A stretch of DNA of 64,000 nucleotides from Geosiphon pyriformis uo1 (Eukaryota; Fungi; Glomeromycota). Position 1 is the first letter of the stretch, and every line of letters starts with the position of its first letter. A program made the position numbers and the translations under genes. Below, in pieces: positions 50,779 through 64,000 of this stretch. The notes below the pieces were generated by a model. It had not been told where the DNA came from. It searched no databases and saw nothing but the letters and a program-made list of their open reading frames with translations. Where the stretch lies: assembly GCA_016748015.1 (NCBI GenBank), contig JAAOMT010000543.1, positions 248,001-312,000 on the forward strand, read 5' to 3'.

Positions 50779-51753
50779 TTAATGCCTCTTAAATAAGTTT
50801 TTTAGAAGTTGTCTGGACACATTTGAGCCTTGCTTATTCGCTCGGCGATGCCATTGAATTGCACGATGAATATCTTTGGCAGTTCCATAACCGTTTCTAT
50901 GGTGATGACCAACACAATCCAGCGCCGTATTCCGTCGTCTAGCAGACCTTCGCATCCAGTAAAGAGCCTTCCTATCATCTCGTTTCGAACCCATGGCGAG
51001 ATGGTAGCACATTGCCAAATTTTCTTGTCCCAGTGCATCTCCTAGTTCAGCAGATTTTCCAAACAATTCAAATGCTCGTTTTAAATCTACCGGAGTGTTG
51101 ATTCCTTTTTCATATGCCAAACCCAAGTTATTTAGACCTCTTGGACATCCCTGATTGGCTGATCGCTCATACCAATAAAAAGCTTGATTATTATCTACTG
51201 TGGTGCCGATGCCATTTCGATAACAGTAACCAAGATTACTTGCTCCTAAAGCATTGCCTCCTTTGGCTGATTTTTCATACCAATAGAATGCAAGCTGAAA
51301 GTCTTGCTGTATTTGTATTCCTTTTTCATAGCAGTATCCAACTTCGTTCTGAGCATTTGCATTCCCTGCCTCAGCTGCTCCCTTGAACAGCTGAAAAGCG
51401 AGTGATTTATCAACCACAACTCCAGTTCCAAATTTGTGGCATTTACCAAAAAGGTATTCACCGTAGGATTCCCCTCTTACTGCAGCCTGATAGTATGATT
51501 GGTATGCAAAATAATGGTCTTCTTCGATACCGATCCCAAATTGATAGCAGAAGCCTAATAAAACAAAGTCTTTACCAGTCGTTCCATCCGTGAGAAGTTT
51601 ACGAAAAAATTTCTCTTCGCCCTCCTCATTTTTTGCTAGTTCTCGCCGAATGTCAATTGAAACACCTTTGAGGTCAATCCCTTTTGAATAAGTATCTACA
51701 AATTTTGACCACATTTGTTCGCTCATTTCAGCGGATATATACCCGGTCGACAT
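50779..51753 (-). CDS. Sel1-like repeat (HCP-like) protein (324 aa)
   Basis: Seven to eight Sel1 repeats such as AQNEVGYCYEKGIQIQQDFQLAFYWYEKSAKGG and GASNLGYCYRNGIGTTVDNNQAFYWYERSANQG. Confidence 0.95.
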   Translation of the reverse strand: MSTGYISAEMSEQMWSKFVDTYSKGIDLKGVSIDIRRELAKNEEGEEKFFRKLLTDGTTGKDFVLLGFCYQFGIGIEEDHYFAYQSYYQAAVRGESYGEYLFGKCHKFGTGVVVDKSLAFQLFKGAAEAGNANAQNEVGYCYEKGIQIQQDFQLAFYWYEKSAKGGNALGASNLGYCYRNGIGTTVDNNQAFYWYERSANQGCPRGLNNLGLAYEKGINTPVDLKRAFELFGKSAELGDALGQENLAMCYHLAMGSKRDDRKALYWMRRSARRRNTALDCVGHHHRNGYGTAKDIHRAIQWHRRANKQGSNVSRQLLKNLFKRH

Positions 51754-53421
51754 TTTTATAGAATCAACAGAAATCTTAAATGTGTTAGAATGAAACTTCT
51801 GGTCGATAGTAAAGAGTCCGCAAAAATTATTTCAAGTAGGATTCCACCGCGATCCAAAAAGTATATAAAAGAAGGATCTTTGATGAAATCAGCTTATGCT
51901 GACCTAAAGATTGATATACGAGTATCATACTGCATGGATGAATGATTTGGCTATTACGTAAACTATTTTATGTTACTGAAAAATTTACTTGTAAATCCCT
52001 AAAATTGTCAACTTAGGAAACGTTTCCCCAATAAGTGACAGAATGCAAGTGAAAAATTTTCAAGGAATTATATAGGGATAGTTTTATTTTGGAAAGATCG
52101 ACAATAAACCTTTTCATAGATCAGTTCCTGCCAACTTTTTCTTGAACGACTTAACTTACGCAAGGGGCAATATTCTGGCCTATTAGGTTTTAATTATTCG
52201 ATTCCACAAAACCTGAAGAAAAACATCTTTTGATATTTTGATAATCTGTGCAAGCATTCAGTTTGCGGTTTACCTAGAGTTAGTTCATGCAATTCCATAT
52301 ATTGTCCATTAAAATATAAATTCACAATATTGTTCAAAGTCTCCGAAACATCGAATTATGCAATCAGGGAAAGAAGATCCATTTCACGTGTTTTTTAAAA
52401 GTTTAAAAAAGCCCTTTTACGAGGACATGCCACGGACTTGCTATAAACCGATAATCTTACACATAATGGCTGTTATAATTTGCCTCGTACCTGAAAAAAT
52501 TTAAACCTTTGAAAACATTAAATTCTTGAGCAATTGACCAAATCCCTGCTTAGAATAAGCAGCCTTTTTCTCAAGCTCTTTTTCCTGGATGGTTCGGATA
52601 CATTTTGATTAATAGTGTACAATTTAGAGTATCTTACATCTTCTGACCTTTGCAACGGGCTGCTATCACTTTTCCCTCTCGTCAATGGCAGGCAGAGCAC
52701 TCCTTCCCTGCATGCAGCAAATAAAGACTGCGTTAATGGTAAGAATATCTTGTGATAATTCATCTTATCGGAGGTAGCATCATCAAAGAGAACCACGAAT
52801 TGATGATATATATTGAAAGAGGTCAAAGGCAATTCAGCAAAGCCTATCATGGTGGTTGCCTGAAACAAATAAAGATTATTGTTGTTCCTAGAGAGCACAA
52901 GGTAATAAAAGCTCAGTGTTGAATTTTTTAGAGTTGTATATTAGGCAGTCTCCTGCAAAATGTAATATTTTTGTGCCTGAAAATATAGTAAGATTCTTCG
53001 TTAAGCATTTAGTAATAAAAGCTCTTTTAAAATCTTTCTTAACACTTATTCATAATTGTAAGAATATCAAGGGAGCTGTACCATTGATTTCCCCCGTTTT
53101 ATTGTTCTTATCTGAACGATAACAGATTCTGTAGCTCCGCGATGCAAACTTTGTTGATTTCATAATTGATTCCAACGTTTAAATAAGCGTCATAGATAAT
53201 TTATGCTAGATTTCGGGAGATTCTTGTTCACCCATTTCCTGGAAATTAAAAAGAGCTTTAAGGGTATAATTAAGTGTCACGAATATTTCAAAACTTCAAA
53301 AAAAAAAAAGAATATTTCTGAAGCAAAGAGATAATTATTGAGGGTTTGGATCCGTTTAATAACAGGCTAATGATCCTGACAAAGAATTGTTGATTGTTAC
53401 AGCCTTTTTAATATGATCAGA

Positions 53422-54710
53422 CTACAAATTTAGCACATAACCAATAACCAAAAATGGGAAAAATATATTTGATGGTAAAGCTATAAATAAGGCAATCAAA
53501 AATAGGATTTCCATAAAATCACGAAATAATGAACTGCTACCAGTACTGAGTTTAGTTGAGTTGTACCCATTTGTGAATGATTCTAATGCGTGATTGGTCT
53601 CTGTTTTTTGCAAAAAAATGTAAGAATATTAGAAAAACACTAAAATATAATTATTCATGAATTGGGTGAAGCTATCCCAACCTTCGGTTTCGTTTGAAAA
53701 TGAAGACTTTTGCCAAATTTCAGTATTCCCCTTTTTCAATGTTTCTTTTATTTGCTTCTGTTGTTTTATGACTATTGTGTCAGAATAACTTTCATTTTTA
53801 TGGAATATATCTAAGTTTTACAATATGAAATCGAAAAAGATTAGACGTAACCTCAAGTAAAAAATACTTCATATTTGATCCACTTACCTTTTTTGACTTT
53901 AGAACTTGAATCATGGCTTGGATTAAAATTTTCATTCGTTTCGGGAAGTGCAGCAACAATATTGGTTATATGCCTGTCGTTATTTAAAATCTCCATCAGA
54001 CCTCCTTGCTCGTTAGTGAAGGTAGCTGCGAGTATAGCGATAACCTCCAAGTTGTTTTCATTTAAGGCAAAAAATTTATTTCGATGTTTAATAGCTTGCT
54101 CTTTTACTTCTTTGCGCTTTTTATTTCGCTCGCTCCTATCATCACGGCTTTCTCCTTGTGGAATAAACATCACTTCAACAATGATAAAAATACCCCATCC
54201 ATCCGTAAAAATAAAATTACTGCTCCTGCGATGATGTTTATCTGTAACAGCTTGCCAATTGAATTCAAATAAATAATGAAATCCTGGGATCCATTTATCG
54301 CTATACTCTAATAATTGATTTTGCCATTCATAATTTTCCTGATCTTGCGAATCCGATGTGAAATCGGCCCATTTTTTCCTAATGTTTTTATCAATTTCTA
54401 CCGAGTTAGAATGAAATTGATAAAAGTAACGGGTGATTGGAATAATACGCTCTAGGTGTCGAAGAGATTTTTGCTCATCCCAATCGTATTCTTCAATACG
54501 ATTACCACGTTGTCGAATATTTTTTGGGAGATGGTGCTCCTCAAAATCCTGGTGAAAATCATATGTATATTTCTTTGTCCCTTTTAGTTTCGTCAAACCA
54601 GTGTCATCATCTGGAAGAAGAAAGCTGGTTTTACCCTCCTGTATGGCTTTGTAAAAAAGTTTGCACTTTTTTAAGGTTAAAATTGAGAAGTCGCGTTGGA
54701 TATCTGACAT
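53422..54710 (-). CDS. PD-(D/E)XK-fold-like protein with a C-terminal hydrophobic anchor, ~376 aa. Exons 54710-53888, 53810-53682, 53600-53422
   Basis: Core ENYEWQNQLL...PGFHYLFEFNW...SSNFIFTDGWGIFIIVEVMFI...RNKKRKEVKEQAIKHR resembles E..xDxxFTD...VExK...Q.xxY nucleases. Phase-1 introns (GTAAGT..TAG, GTTGGG..CAG) join to the hydrophobic tail ILFLIALFIALPSNIFFPFLVIGYVLNL*. Confidence 0.65.
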
Positions 54711-55003
54711 GGCTAATAATAATAATGAGCTCGAAATTTGTCATTAAATATTAAAAAGAAAATACGTAACTATTACCAAATGCTTGATTTATGCTTGGAA
54801 AAGCGCTCTAACCATTTAATGATTGTACACATCATCCGGTTCGGTGTTTAAAATTTTCCGCCCATCGATAATAGAAAATAGGGGTTTAAAACTTTAGATG
54901 ACCAACTTTACAGGAGACAACTATTTTAGCCGAAAAAATGAAGACTTTTGAAATGTATTTTAAATAGAAGGCAAAACAGTTGATTCGAGATTTTTTCCTA
55001 AAT

Positions 55004-56871
55004 CTATAATTTTGCGCTGAATTGCTTTGAATCAACAGTGGTGCCCTTTTCACCCAAAAAATGTCGACGCAAATATGGGTTTAAAAACATTCCATCGGGA
55101 TCCAATTTTTCACGTAATCTTTGGAAATCTTGAAATTTTGGGTAGGATTTGGTCAGCTCCTCAGAAGTCATTGTGTGTGCCTAAAAGTTGCAATGATTTT
55201 GAGTGAAAGGCTATGAACATGTAAATGAATATAATTTGCAAACCTTTGCCCAATGTGGACGACCTTGGCATGATCTCATAATTTCTTCGTATGCGGCCCA
55301 ATATTTTTTGTAAGGAACAGGTGCATGGTATGGTCTAATGAAAATCAGAAAGTGAATATAACAGTTGAAAGTGAATATAACAGTTGAAAGATCACAAAAT
55401 AATCTCTTAAACATGCCCTAGTGATTTTTCTTGTACATACCTATACATTATAATGCCTATGTAGCATACTTTCCTCCCAAAAGCAGGGCTTAGCCATATA
55501 TCATCCTCATCAACAAAACGCACTTCTATCGGAAAATGAACATTGGAATTAGTTTCCTCTATCCATTTTTCAATCTTTTTGATCGCCTCCTTTGTTCTTT
55601 CCCATGGAATCGCCCATTCATTGACGTATTGTGGGAACAAACAATCGAAATTGAACACTTTATAAGAATCATCGACAACAAAAGTTTCTTTGGTAAATTT
55701 CAACTTGAACATGGTACGCGTGAGTGACGGAATCCAGGTCGGTTGAAAGCGGACAAAATACAATATAAATTGGTATAAATGAAACCCAAGAAGCGTCTCC
55801 CGGAAATATCCAATCGTGTTTGATTGTTTTTTCTTTTAATAAAAAATAAGCATAAGTGAAATACTTGATCAAAGCTATTTTACTACAATGAAAATACCTT
55901 GGTAGATCGATTTGCTTTCCATAAAACACAATCATCAGTGTGAGGAAACCACCAGAATCGTACATGTTCAGCTGAGTGAACTATGTTATCCAGGTCATCA
56001 AGAATTTCATTCAACTTCACCGGCTTCTGTATAGCTTCAAGCCGAAACCTTGGCTCACACTGAATGGTGATACGGGTAATAATACCAAGTGAGCCAACAC
56101 CGCATAACGCAGCTTTAAATATGTCTGGATTTGAGTTTTGGGAACAGTTTAATCTTGCTCCAGAAGATAAAATTAATGTAAGCTCAATTATCTAGAGAAA
56201 AAATCAAAGAAAAATTCTGAACTTGGGAATCAACTAATGAAAGTGATGAAATACTAAGAATTTGAAATAATACCAAGCTTGAAAGGACACCATAATTTAT
56301 TCCTGTCCCGTGGGTAGCAGTGCTAATTGCTCCAGCAACACTTTGATCAGAAATCGAGCCAAGATTTCCCAAAGCTAAACCTCGAGATTTGAGCTCTTCA
56401 TTTAATTGGTGTAGACGAATTCCAGCTTCAACTGTTACTGTCATTAACTTTTGATCAAACTACTTGTGCCGAGGAAATATCAAAACGGTTTTAAAAATAT
56501 TGAAATAACATCCAGAAAAGCAAAATATAATTTACCTCCAACACATGATTCAGCTTGTCCAAATTTATCATGTAATCAGTAGTACAAGCAAGATCAGATG
56601 GGGAATGGCCAGCACCAACGACTTTTATTTTTTTGTGATTATTCCTTGCTAATTCGATAATCTTTTAAAAATCGAGACAGGATTTTTTTTTTACAAAAAG
56701 AAATATTCTGAAATAAAAATTCCATAATTTTCCCAGAAAAGATCATACATTGATTAATTCATCTTCTGTAGCTGGCTTAAAGTATAACTCCGGTTTGCAA
56801 CTAAAGGTCTTTGCCCAATTATAAAATCGGTAATCTTTTGTCTTTGGAATTTCACTAAATTCTGGTTCCAT
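55004..56871 (-). CDS. ALO1: D-arabinono-1,4-lactone oxidase / L-gulonolactone oxidase family flavoprotein, ~462 aa. Exons 56871-56749, 56661-56536, 56459-56274, 56191-55898, 55832-55441, 55334-55244, 55180-55004
   Basis: NWAKTFSCKPELYFKP, VVGAGHSPSDLAC (covalent-FAD His), GSISDQSVAGAISTATHGTG, HVRFWWFPH, HFPIEVRF, GRPHWAK and LDPDGMFLN. Six GT-AG introns give a continuous frame ending FSAKL*. Confidence 0.95.
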
Positions 56872-57730
56872 TACATGAAAAACCAATTTAAAAGAAGTAT
56901 CAGTTTAATAATATTATCGTTGTTTGCTGAGAATTTTGGCTTTTAGTTTTTCTAAAATAAATATTGGGATGGGGGAATCGTAAAATTATATTATTGCTGC
57001 AGATCTGTAAATTTATAAGAGATTGTACCACCTAGATACAATCATGATGGTAAAATCACGATGATGACAAATCAAGACTTTTAAGACTTTTGAATTGTTT
57101 AAGTTAAAAAATGATGTAGAATGAAACAAAGATAATAAGTAGACCTCTTCAAAGCCATAGAATTCAACCTTTAAGCTTATCGATAAATCATTCCATAGTA
57201 TCAAATGTCACATATTAAATATCGCAATGTACATGTATTTGGCATTATTAAAAAGAAAGATTCCACTAGTTATTTTGTAAAATTAGCTTGAGAAGTTTTT
57301 GATTTTACGTTAATCTAATAGTAGCTGATCCTTAAAGCTTTCAAAAAAAAAATTTAATAAAGCAAAACATTATTGATATCGCTGTGAAAAAAGAAAGAAT
57401 GGTATTTAACAGACAATACTTGTTTATTATGTAAGCTGATTAAAAGATTGAATTGAACTTTTTGGGAATATATATATATATTTTAATTCTAAATCGAAGC
57501 CAAGATTTTGAATCAAAGCTTTTAATCAAGAAAAGCCTAATCTAATTTGATTTTGAAAAAGTTGTATATTACAAATTAAATTGTTTGATGAAATTGACTT
57601 TATGAAGTTTTTAAAATTTAAATTCAATTGAATGTCAAAAATGAATTGAATTAAAATTTTTTACAAGGATTAAACCCATAAATTTTAATTTTTTTTTGCT
57701 TTGCCTCGTTCTGAAGGATCCAAAAGAAAG

Positions 57731-57768
<38 letters not shown>
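57731..57768. repeat. (ATA)n microsatellite
   Basis: About 12 ATA units. Confidence 0.95.
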
Positions 57769-60700
57769 TTTAAAAAAATCTGAATTATACAAAGAAAAAC
57801 TTTATTTTTGGTAATTTAACAAAGATAATAAGTTGTTGGAAATCCGTCAATTTTATGCAGGGTGAGTAAAAAGAGATCTTTAAAAAATATTTTGAAAAAA
57901 ATTCACATTTTGAATTATAGATCAAATTTGATTTTATGATTTTTGACCATGAATTCAAATAATTTTAAAGGTAGAAAGGTGTTTTCAAAAAAAAAATATA
58001 ACCTAAGAATTCAATTATTCTTCTAAAGTTTTTTAATACAATTTGTTTTTTTATTCTACAACAAATATTTAAATTATTCAAAGTAATTTTAATATCATTG
58101 AAACTCTTTAAAAACTTTTCATTTAGATTTTAAAATTTCAAAAGTTTTTTGAAAAAATAATCATTGTTTTTCCCACATGTTTGAATATACTATTTTTTCA
58201 AATAATTTAATCTCCAATAAGCCTTCATCAAACAAGTAAAAATTTTAAAGGAAAACTTTGAATACTAATTTATATTTCTGCACTGAAATTGTGAAATAAA
58301 AAAAATAATTTACAAGTTAGAATGAAAAAAAATGAAAAATCATAAATAACTTTAACACAAGTATATTTTGATTTCATGAATTGAAATTTGAATTTGCAGA
58401 TTTAATTCCTATCAGGAAGGACTGTAAAAAAGTTTGTTATAGGAAATGTTTAATTACTTCTAGATCGAAGTATCATTTTTTATTGTTTTAAAATTTCCTC
58501 ACAAAATAATTATTAGTTTTTGTTAAGCTATGATGATGGCAATTTCAAAAATTCTTGAGATTAAACCAATTTCTCTAAAAAAAAAATTTGGAAATTAGAA
58601 AATTATGAAATTGCGTAGGAAACCCAATTTAGCGAGAATCATAAAAATGACCTGATTGCATTCTAAAAAGCTTCAACATACATTTATAAAGTTCAAGAAA
58701 GACTTATGTTGGTTTGTTTTTCCATAGTTCAATCTTGGATGATGAAAATTTAATTTTATCATTTTTCAATTAAGAGAGCACTTTGAAATTGATAAAATGT
58801 TAGCATGGATAATTCAAAGTTTCATTTAAAGTTAATATCTGCACATACACACCATATGATGAACATTAATATCATGTGATTTTCCCCTGTTTTAGGGAGT
58901 GTGATCAAAAAATATTTTTCCAATAAAAAGTATAGAGTCAGTTTAAACCTGCAGGTTAATTTGGGCGTTTTTCTTATCAATCACAATTCACACGACATAT
59001 TCAAGTTTCGAAAGATGTCAAAAACGATCTAACGTTTTTACATTTCAGGGGTGCATAATTTTCGAAAATAATTTGACAATAGCTATGATAAAAAAGTTAC
59101 TTGTTTATTTAAAGTTTCATAAGGGAAATATTTAAAGTCCTATTGATTTTGCTAAGCTAAATAACCTATGCTAATTTTTAAATTGATCCATAGCATAGCA
59201 CTAGTTTTGATATGTGATTATGATTTTAGGGATTGGGAAAACAAAAGTTTTTATTTCCTTTAAAAGAAGTCGATTTTTTAAAACTTTGAAATTCTATTGG
59301 TCTTTCTTTCATAGATTGTATTTAAATTTTATGCAATGCTCCCTTAAAGGAGAGGGAGGGAGGGAGGGAGGGAGGGGGGGGGGGTTAACAGAAAAGCTGG
59401 TAAATAATTTTTTTTACCAATGATTTTCCCTCCTGCTTCCAAAACTTTCTCTTATTAAGAATCAAAGTTTAATAAGTTTTGCTAATTTTTGCATTAATTT
59501 TCATATGATAATTAATAAAGTTACAAATACTCTCTTTTCTTTCACAAAAATCCCAGAAGAAATCATTTGTTCAATATTTCAGCAAGTTCTCAAAGATTAT
59601 TCTAATTTAATTGGAAAGATCTATCATCAAAATGACCAATTAAAATATATCTTTATCAAAAAGTTTTTTCTGAAGATTCCTTTTAGAATTTCACACAACA
59701 TTACCGCAAAAGAAGAAATTTATAGGATAAATATTGGCCACTATTTTTTATTAAAATTTATCTCATGGATTGTACGAAATCGTTTATTCATCGAATCACC
59801 AAAAAAATTGAGCTTTTTCACGAAATCCGATATCTATATTAAACTCTATTTTAAGTTCATTAATTGATTCTATTTTGCTTAAAATCTTCAAAACAAATGG
59901 CGGGGAATAAAAAAAATTTTTAATTGAAAAGTGGCATGATAGCGTGGTTTGCAGCAAGTAAAAGAGATAAAAATCTTGAAATGTTGTTGTGTAATGTTTC
60001 TTGCAGTTCTTGAAGCGGTTTCGTGTCCAAAAGAATTTCAAATCTTTTAATCGATCAGATTTAACATACAAAAAAAATGATAAAGTAAAATTTGATAATT
60101 TAAAACGAATAATCAATTGATTTTATCGAAATTAAAATAATTCCAAAAGGTTGAAATAGTTTCTTTAAGAATTAGAGTGGGAAATATCCATTTAAACAAA
60201 GGATGATTATGAAAAATGAATAAATTTTAATTTTGTATACACTCGTGTAATTCGTACAAAAATTTGGATCTTTTAGTATTTTTAACAAATAAAACATTTC
60301 ATTTCTATAAGATCCAAATTTTTTAAGATTATGTATTAAAAATTCAATTTTAAAACTCCAGTAAGAGATGCAAGATTTAATAGGAGAACAAATAAACAAA
60401 ACAATATTAAAAGTTACCATGAAAAACAATGAATTTATTTGTCAATAGTAGATAATTGTGCATCAATAATTCTTGTAATTCACTTTTTAATTCCCCTAAA
60501 AAAATTATTTCTATAATGCTTAACAGGGCTAATATACATGTATTTAGTCGGCTTAGCAAAATTAAACGATTCTATTGAATCTATATTATTTATTTCGGAA
60601 AAAAAACCCCCACAAGGTTCAGTCCCCTAATTAATTTACAGATGTATTCTCTAGGTTTTCGAGGAGAAGGGAGTTAAAATATTTCAAGAAAAAAGGACTT

Positions 60701-60921
60701 AACCTTAAAATAGGTATTTTAATGAACAGGTATTTGAAAGAAGATTAAAAAGATGTTTATTGCAACAGATTCCAAGATTAGTTAATTAAATCTATTCTAA
60801 CCCTATTTTTTTTAGGAAATATTTGATCCGTTCTGAACTCTTTTTAGCAAGAAGACAAATTTTTTTGTGTGTCTAATGCACAAAATCTTTTAGAAAAAAG
60901 AAAGTTAATAATGAAGTTGCT

Positions 60922-60999
60922 TAGATAGATAGATAGATAGATAGATAGGTAGATAGGTAGATAGATAGATAGGTAGATAGATAGATAAATAGATAGATA
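60922..60999. repeat. (TAGA)n / GATA microsatellite
   Basis: About 19 TAGA/TAGG units. Confidence 0.95.
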
Positions 61000-63900
61000 T
61001 TTAATTTATTGAACTTTATTATCATTCTTTTTTTGCCTCTGAGGGTAACATTTGTAACTAGAGGACGAGACAAGTTTTTTAATGAGGGTCCAAAAGGATT
61101 GCTAGAAAAGACATTTTGCTTTTAAAAATGCGATGGAAATTTAGATTTCAATTGAGCCGATTATTAATGACCTTTGGGAATTTAGCAATTTTATTATATT
61201 AAATGTAAAAACTAGGAATTGTGATGGGGGGGGAGGGGAGGAATTGAATGAAGCTGAGTCATCTAGAAGCTATTAATGTGGTCTTTTGTAAACCTTTAAA
61301 CCTAAAGAAAATTCGAAATTGATTTCCATTGCAAAACAACTCAATATTTCTAGATTGCTCCCTGCATTTTTGTCTTTAGCTCTTTTTAGCGCATGCAGCT
61401 GATTAAGGATCTAACTTGATGTAGATGTGGCAACAAATATGTTTTTAAGAAATCTCACGCTTAAAAAATGTTATCGTTGCTTTCAAGTTCTCTTTGGGCT
61501 AATTTTAAGAAAAATCGGAAAAAATATATATATAGAACTTTAAAGACGGGAAATTCAAAATAGGGAGCTTTGCATATGAATTAACAACGAATCGATTTCA
61601 ATTGATCAAATTTGAAGTTTTGATAAAAAGAAGTTAATCATTTCTTGGGAGTAAACGTTTCATAAAAAAAATTTTACCAAAAATATCAAGATAAATTTAA
61701 TAGATTTCAAAACAAATTTTGTGATTAAAATCTGAATAAAGGTGGGACTAAAGAAAATAATTATAAAATTAAATTATTGTCAATGTTTTACTACAGCTGA
61801 AATGAACGTTAAATCATTCTTTCAATGATTAAGTCGTTTTTTTGTTTTTGTTTCCAACATTTCAAGATTTCATAATTATTTACCCGCGCGTTTCACCGAT
61901 TTTTTTGTGGAAAGGTACTTTGACCATATGATACATCTGACAAACGCGTAAAAACGTTGTGGATCTAAATTTGTTACATCTTTCTCTCCTGAATTTGGTT
62001 ATAATAGCCTAGGGTGTCTCCAATTGAGTTTCATTTGTTGAAATCTTCATACAGATTTGTAAAAGTGTTTTTTTAAAAAAGTTCAAAAGTTTTTCTTTGA
62101 TTATAAGTCTAATTTAATGCTTACCTAAATAAAAATTTGGGTATTATTTTTGAACCATTTTCCCTAAAATTTAAAATGTCAAATTGAAGTAAATATTAAC
62201 TTTATTCCTTTTTTTGTTATTAAAATGAAAATTTTGAAGATTAAAAAGCACGAAAAAAAATATTTTATTGAATAAATTCTTTTGAGGTTTTCGTTTATGT
62301 CTAAAAAAAATTTAAAAAAAAGTTTCTAGGAAAAAAAAAAAATTAAAACTGACAAGCTTCTCATGTTCTTCAATTCAAAAATAACCAGTTTTCTAACTAG
62401 AAATTTTTTTGTAATTTTAATAAAAAAAAAAACATTTAAATTGAAAATAATCAATAACCATTGGACAAAATTTCAAATTTTTTTTTAGATTAATAAATTC
62501 AAAAATATATTAATACCCTTTCAATTTATTTAAATCCACCCAATCAATTCATAGTTTAAAGCTCTTCAATGCCTAATTAAAATCATAAGGCAGTAATTAT
62601 TAGATACTCAACGGGAAAAGAAGGCCCGAAATGAATATTCTAAATTTTTATTATAGTTTATTTAACTTTTTAACGCAAATGTAATGCAATAACACAATGC
62701 CATTTGTCGTATTAACCTGTATCTTAGCCACTTCATCTTTCTGGAATTCCACCATTGGCGTTTCTCAAAACCAATTCATTCATTAATATAAATTCCAGAA
62801 ATAATGAATGTGGTAATTTAAAATTTTAGCCAGAAATTTTCTTGATGAATGGGCTAATTTATTTGAAAGATTTATTTCCGCATTTGGTCTAGATTTTCTA
62901 ACAAATTTCTGATTCTTTGAATATTTTTTTTTATTTTTTTTTTACTTGAACGAATAAAATGAAATTTTTGTACACTCATTTGTGAAAAGTTAGTAGTACA
63001 ACCAAAAAACTTGATACATCTAGTAAACTTATTGAACCTAACTTTTTTCATATCAAATATTTCTCTCTTTATAAATTTCTATATTTAATTTAAAGGCCTT
63101 AAAATTAAAATTTGGCGGTTGTATAAATGAAGTTGACTGACGCACAATTTTTATGATCCCTAAATAATTTCCCCGCCGAAATTAATTTAATTCAAGTTCA
63201 ATTCATTAATTGATATCAAAGCAGTTCTTTTATTTTACTCCGAAATTATTCTTATTTAGATGCGCGAAATTCGAGGGTGCAGCTTAAAATTTCAATAAAA
63301 GACACCATTTTATTATTTCTGAATATATGTGTATTTTGCTGTGTTTCAACTGCAAAAAAAAAAATAAGAATCGCCTTTTCAAAGGTGACACCCATGTGTA
63401 TTTACAACTTCTATACAAAGTTAACGGAAACTATAGAATTTTTTAAATAGACTTGTAATATCGGGCAACACAAAAAAATATTTTTGATGGCTGATAAATA
63501 AAATCCTTAAAAATATTGCTAAGTCATATTATTCTATCAAACAAGAGACGTTCTAGTTTAAGTTAGAAAACAGAAAAGGCTTTATTCTTAAATCATGTTA
63601 TTAAAATTTCTTGGGGTAAACGCATTATTTCCTTAATAGTGAATTATTTTTTCTTAAATATGTAAAAGTCAATTATCCGATTCATCTTGAGATTTTTATG
63701 TTACATGAAATCTCTGTATTCAAAGAAAAAATAATCATCTACTGAGAAAGTTTTGTTATTGATAACTAATCCAAGCAGTTGCAAAAGAATGATTTTTCAA
63801 AAAAAATGAAATTTTAATTATAATATTTAAACTTTTATTAAACGTAATTAAAGCTTTTACAATCGATAATAAACCTTTTTTTCTTATATATTCCTAAATA

Positions 63901-64000
63901 GCACATGATTAAAAATATTTAGTTGGAATTTTCCTTAATAAAATTAAAAATTGTTAAAAATTGTTAAAAAAAAAAAAAAAAAAAATTCAATTATAAATTT

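Noticed and set aside
55348-55390. 19-bp tandem repeat GAAAGTGAATATAACAGTT in ALO1 intron 5
   Set aside because: A simple slippage duplication with only two copies and no spacers.
57000-64000. Short F/L/K/I-rich ORFs and G-rich tracts (59350-59386, 61225-61241) in the last 7 kb
   Set aside because: The composition is that of random AT-rich intergenic DNA, no spliceable gene, RNA gene, CRISPR-like array or telomere was found, and the G tracts are simple repeats.

Overview
This is AT-rich, intron-containing fungal genomic DNA. The gene repertoire points to Glomeromycotina (arbuscular-mycorrhizal-type fungi): a TKL-type kinase with the CxxC...WNSGN...LEWIPY leader, a Sel1-repeat protein, an F-box/RNI-LRR protein and an RNase H-bearing LINE. 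Archaeosporales is possible but only an inference. Intact-looking genes: a type I membrane protein (10414-12141, with a GC-AG intron), a 7-exon PX-domain gene missing from the ORF track (16551-17657), the mitochondrial GTPase GEP3/MTG3 (25505-27317), a small bZIP-like ORF, a 173-aa hypothetical protein, a 151-aa secreted Gly/His/Lys-motif protein, and a cluster of F-box-LRR, TKL pseudokinase, Sel1-repeat and membrane-anchored PD-(D/E)XK-like genes. These are followed by a 7-exon ALO1/gulonolactone-oxidase gene ending in a PTS1-like AKL. Between them lie pseudogenes, a 5'-truncated LINE, a Tc1 relic, MITE/foldback elements, microsatellites and several kb-sized hyper-AT blocks that look like transition-eroded transposons. 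The two most notable hidden signals are a frameshifted Fanzor2/IS607-TnpB-like RNA-guided nuclease relic (~43650-44045) directly upstream of the F-box gene, and direct evidence of polarised C>T/G>A erosion in a 655-bp duplicate flanking a scaffold gap. All calls are by eye; no database searches were run.
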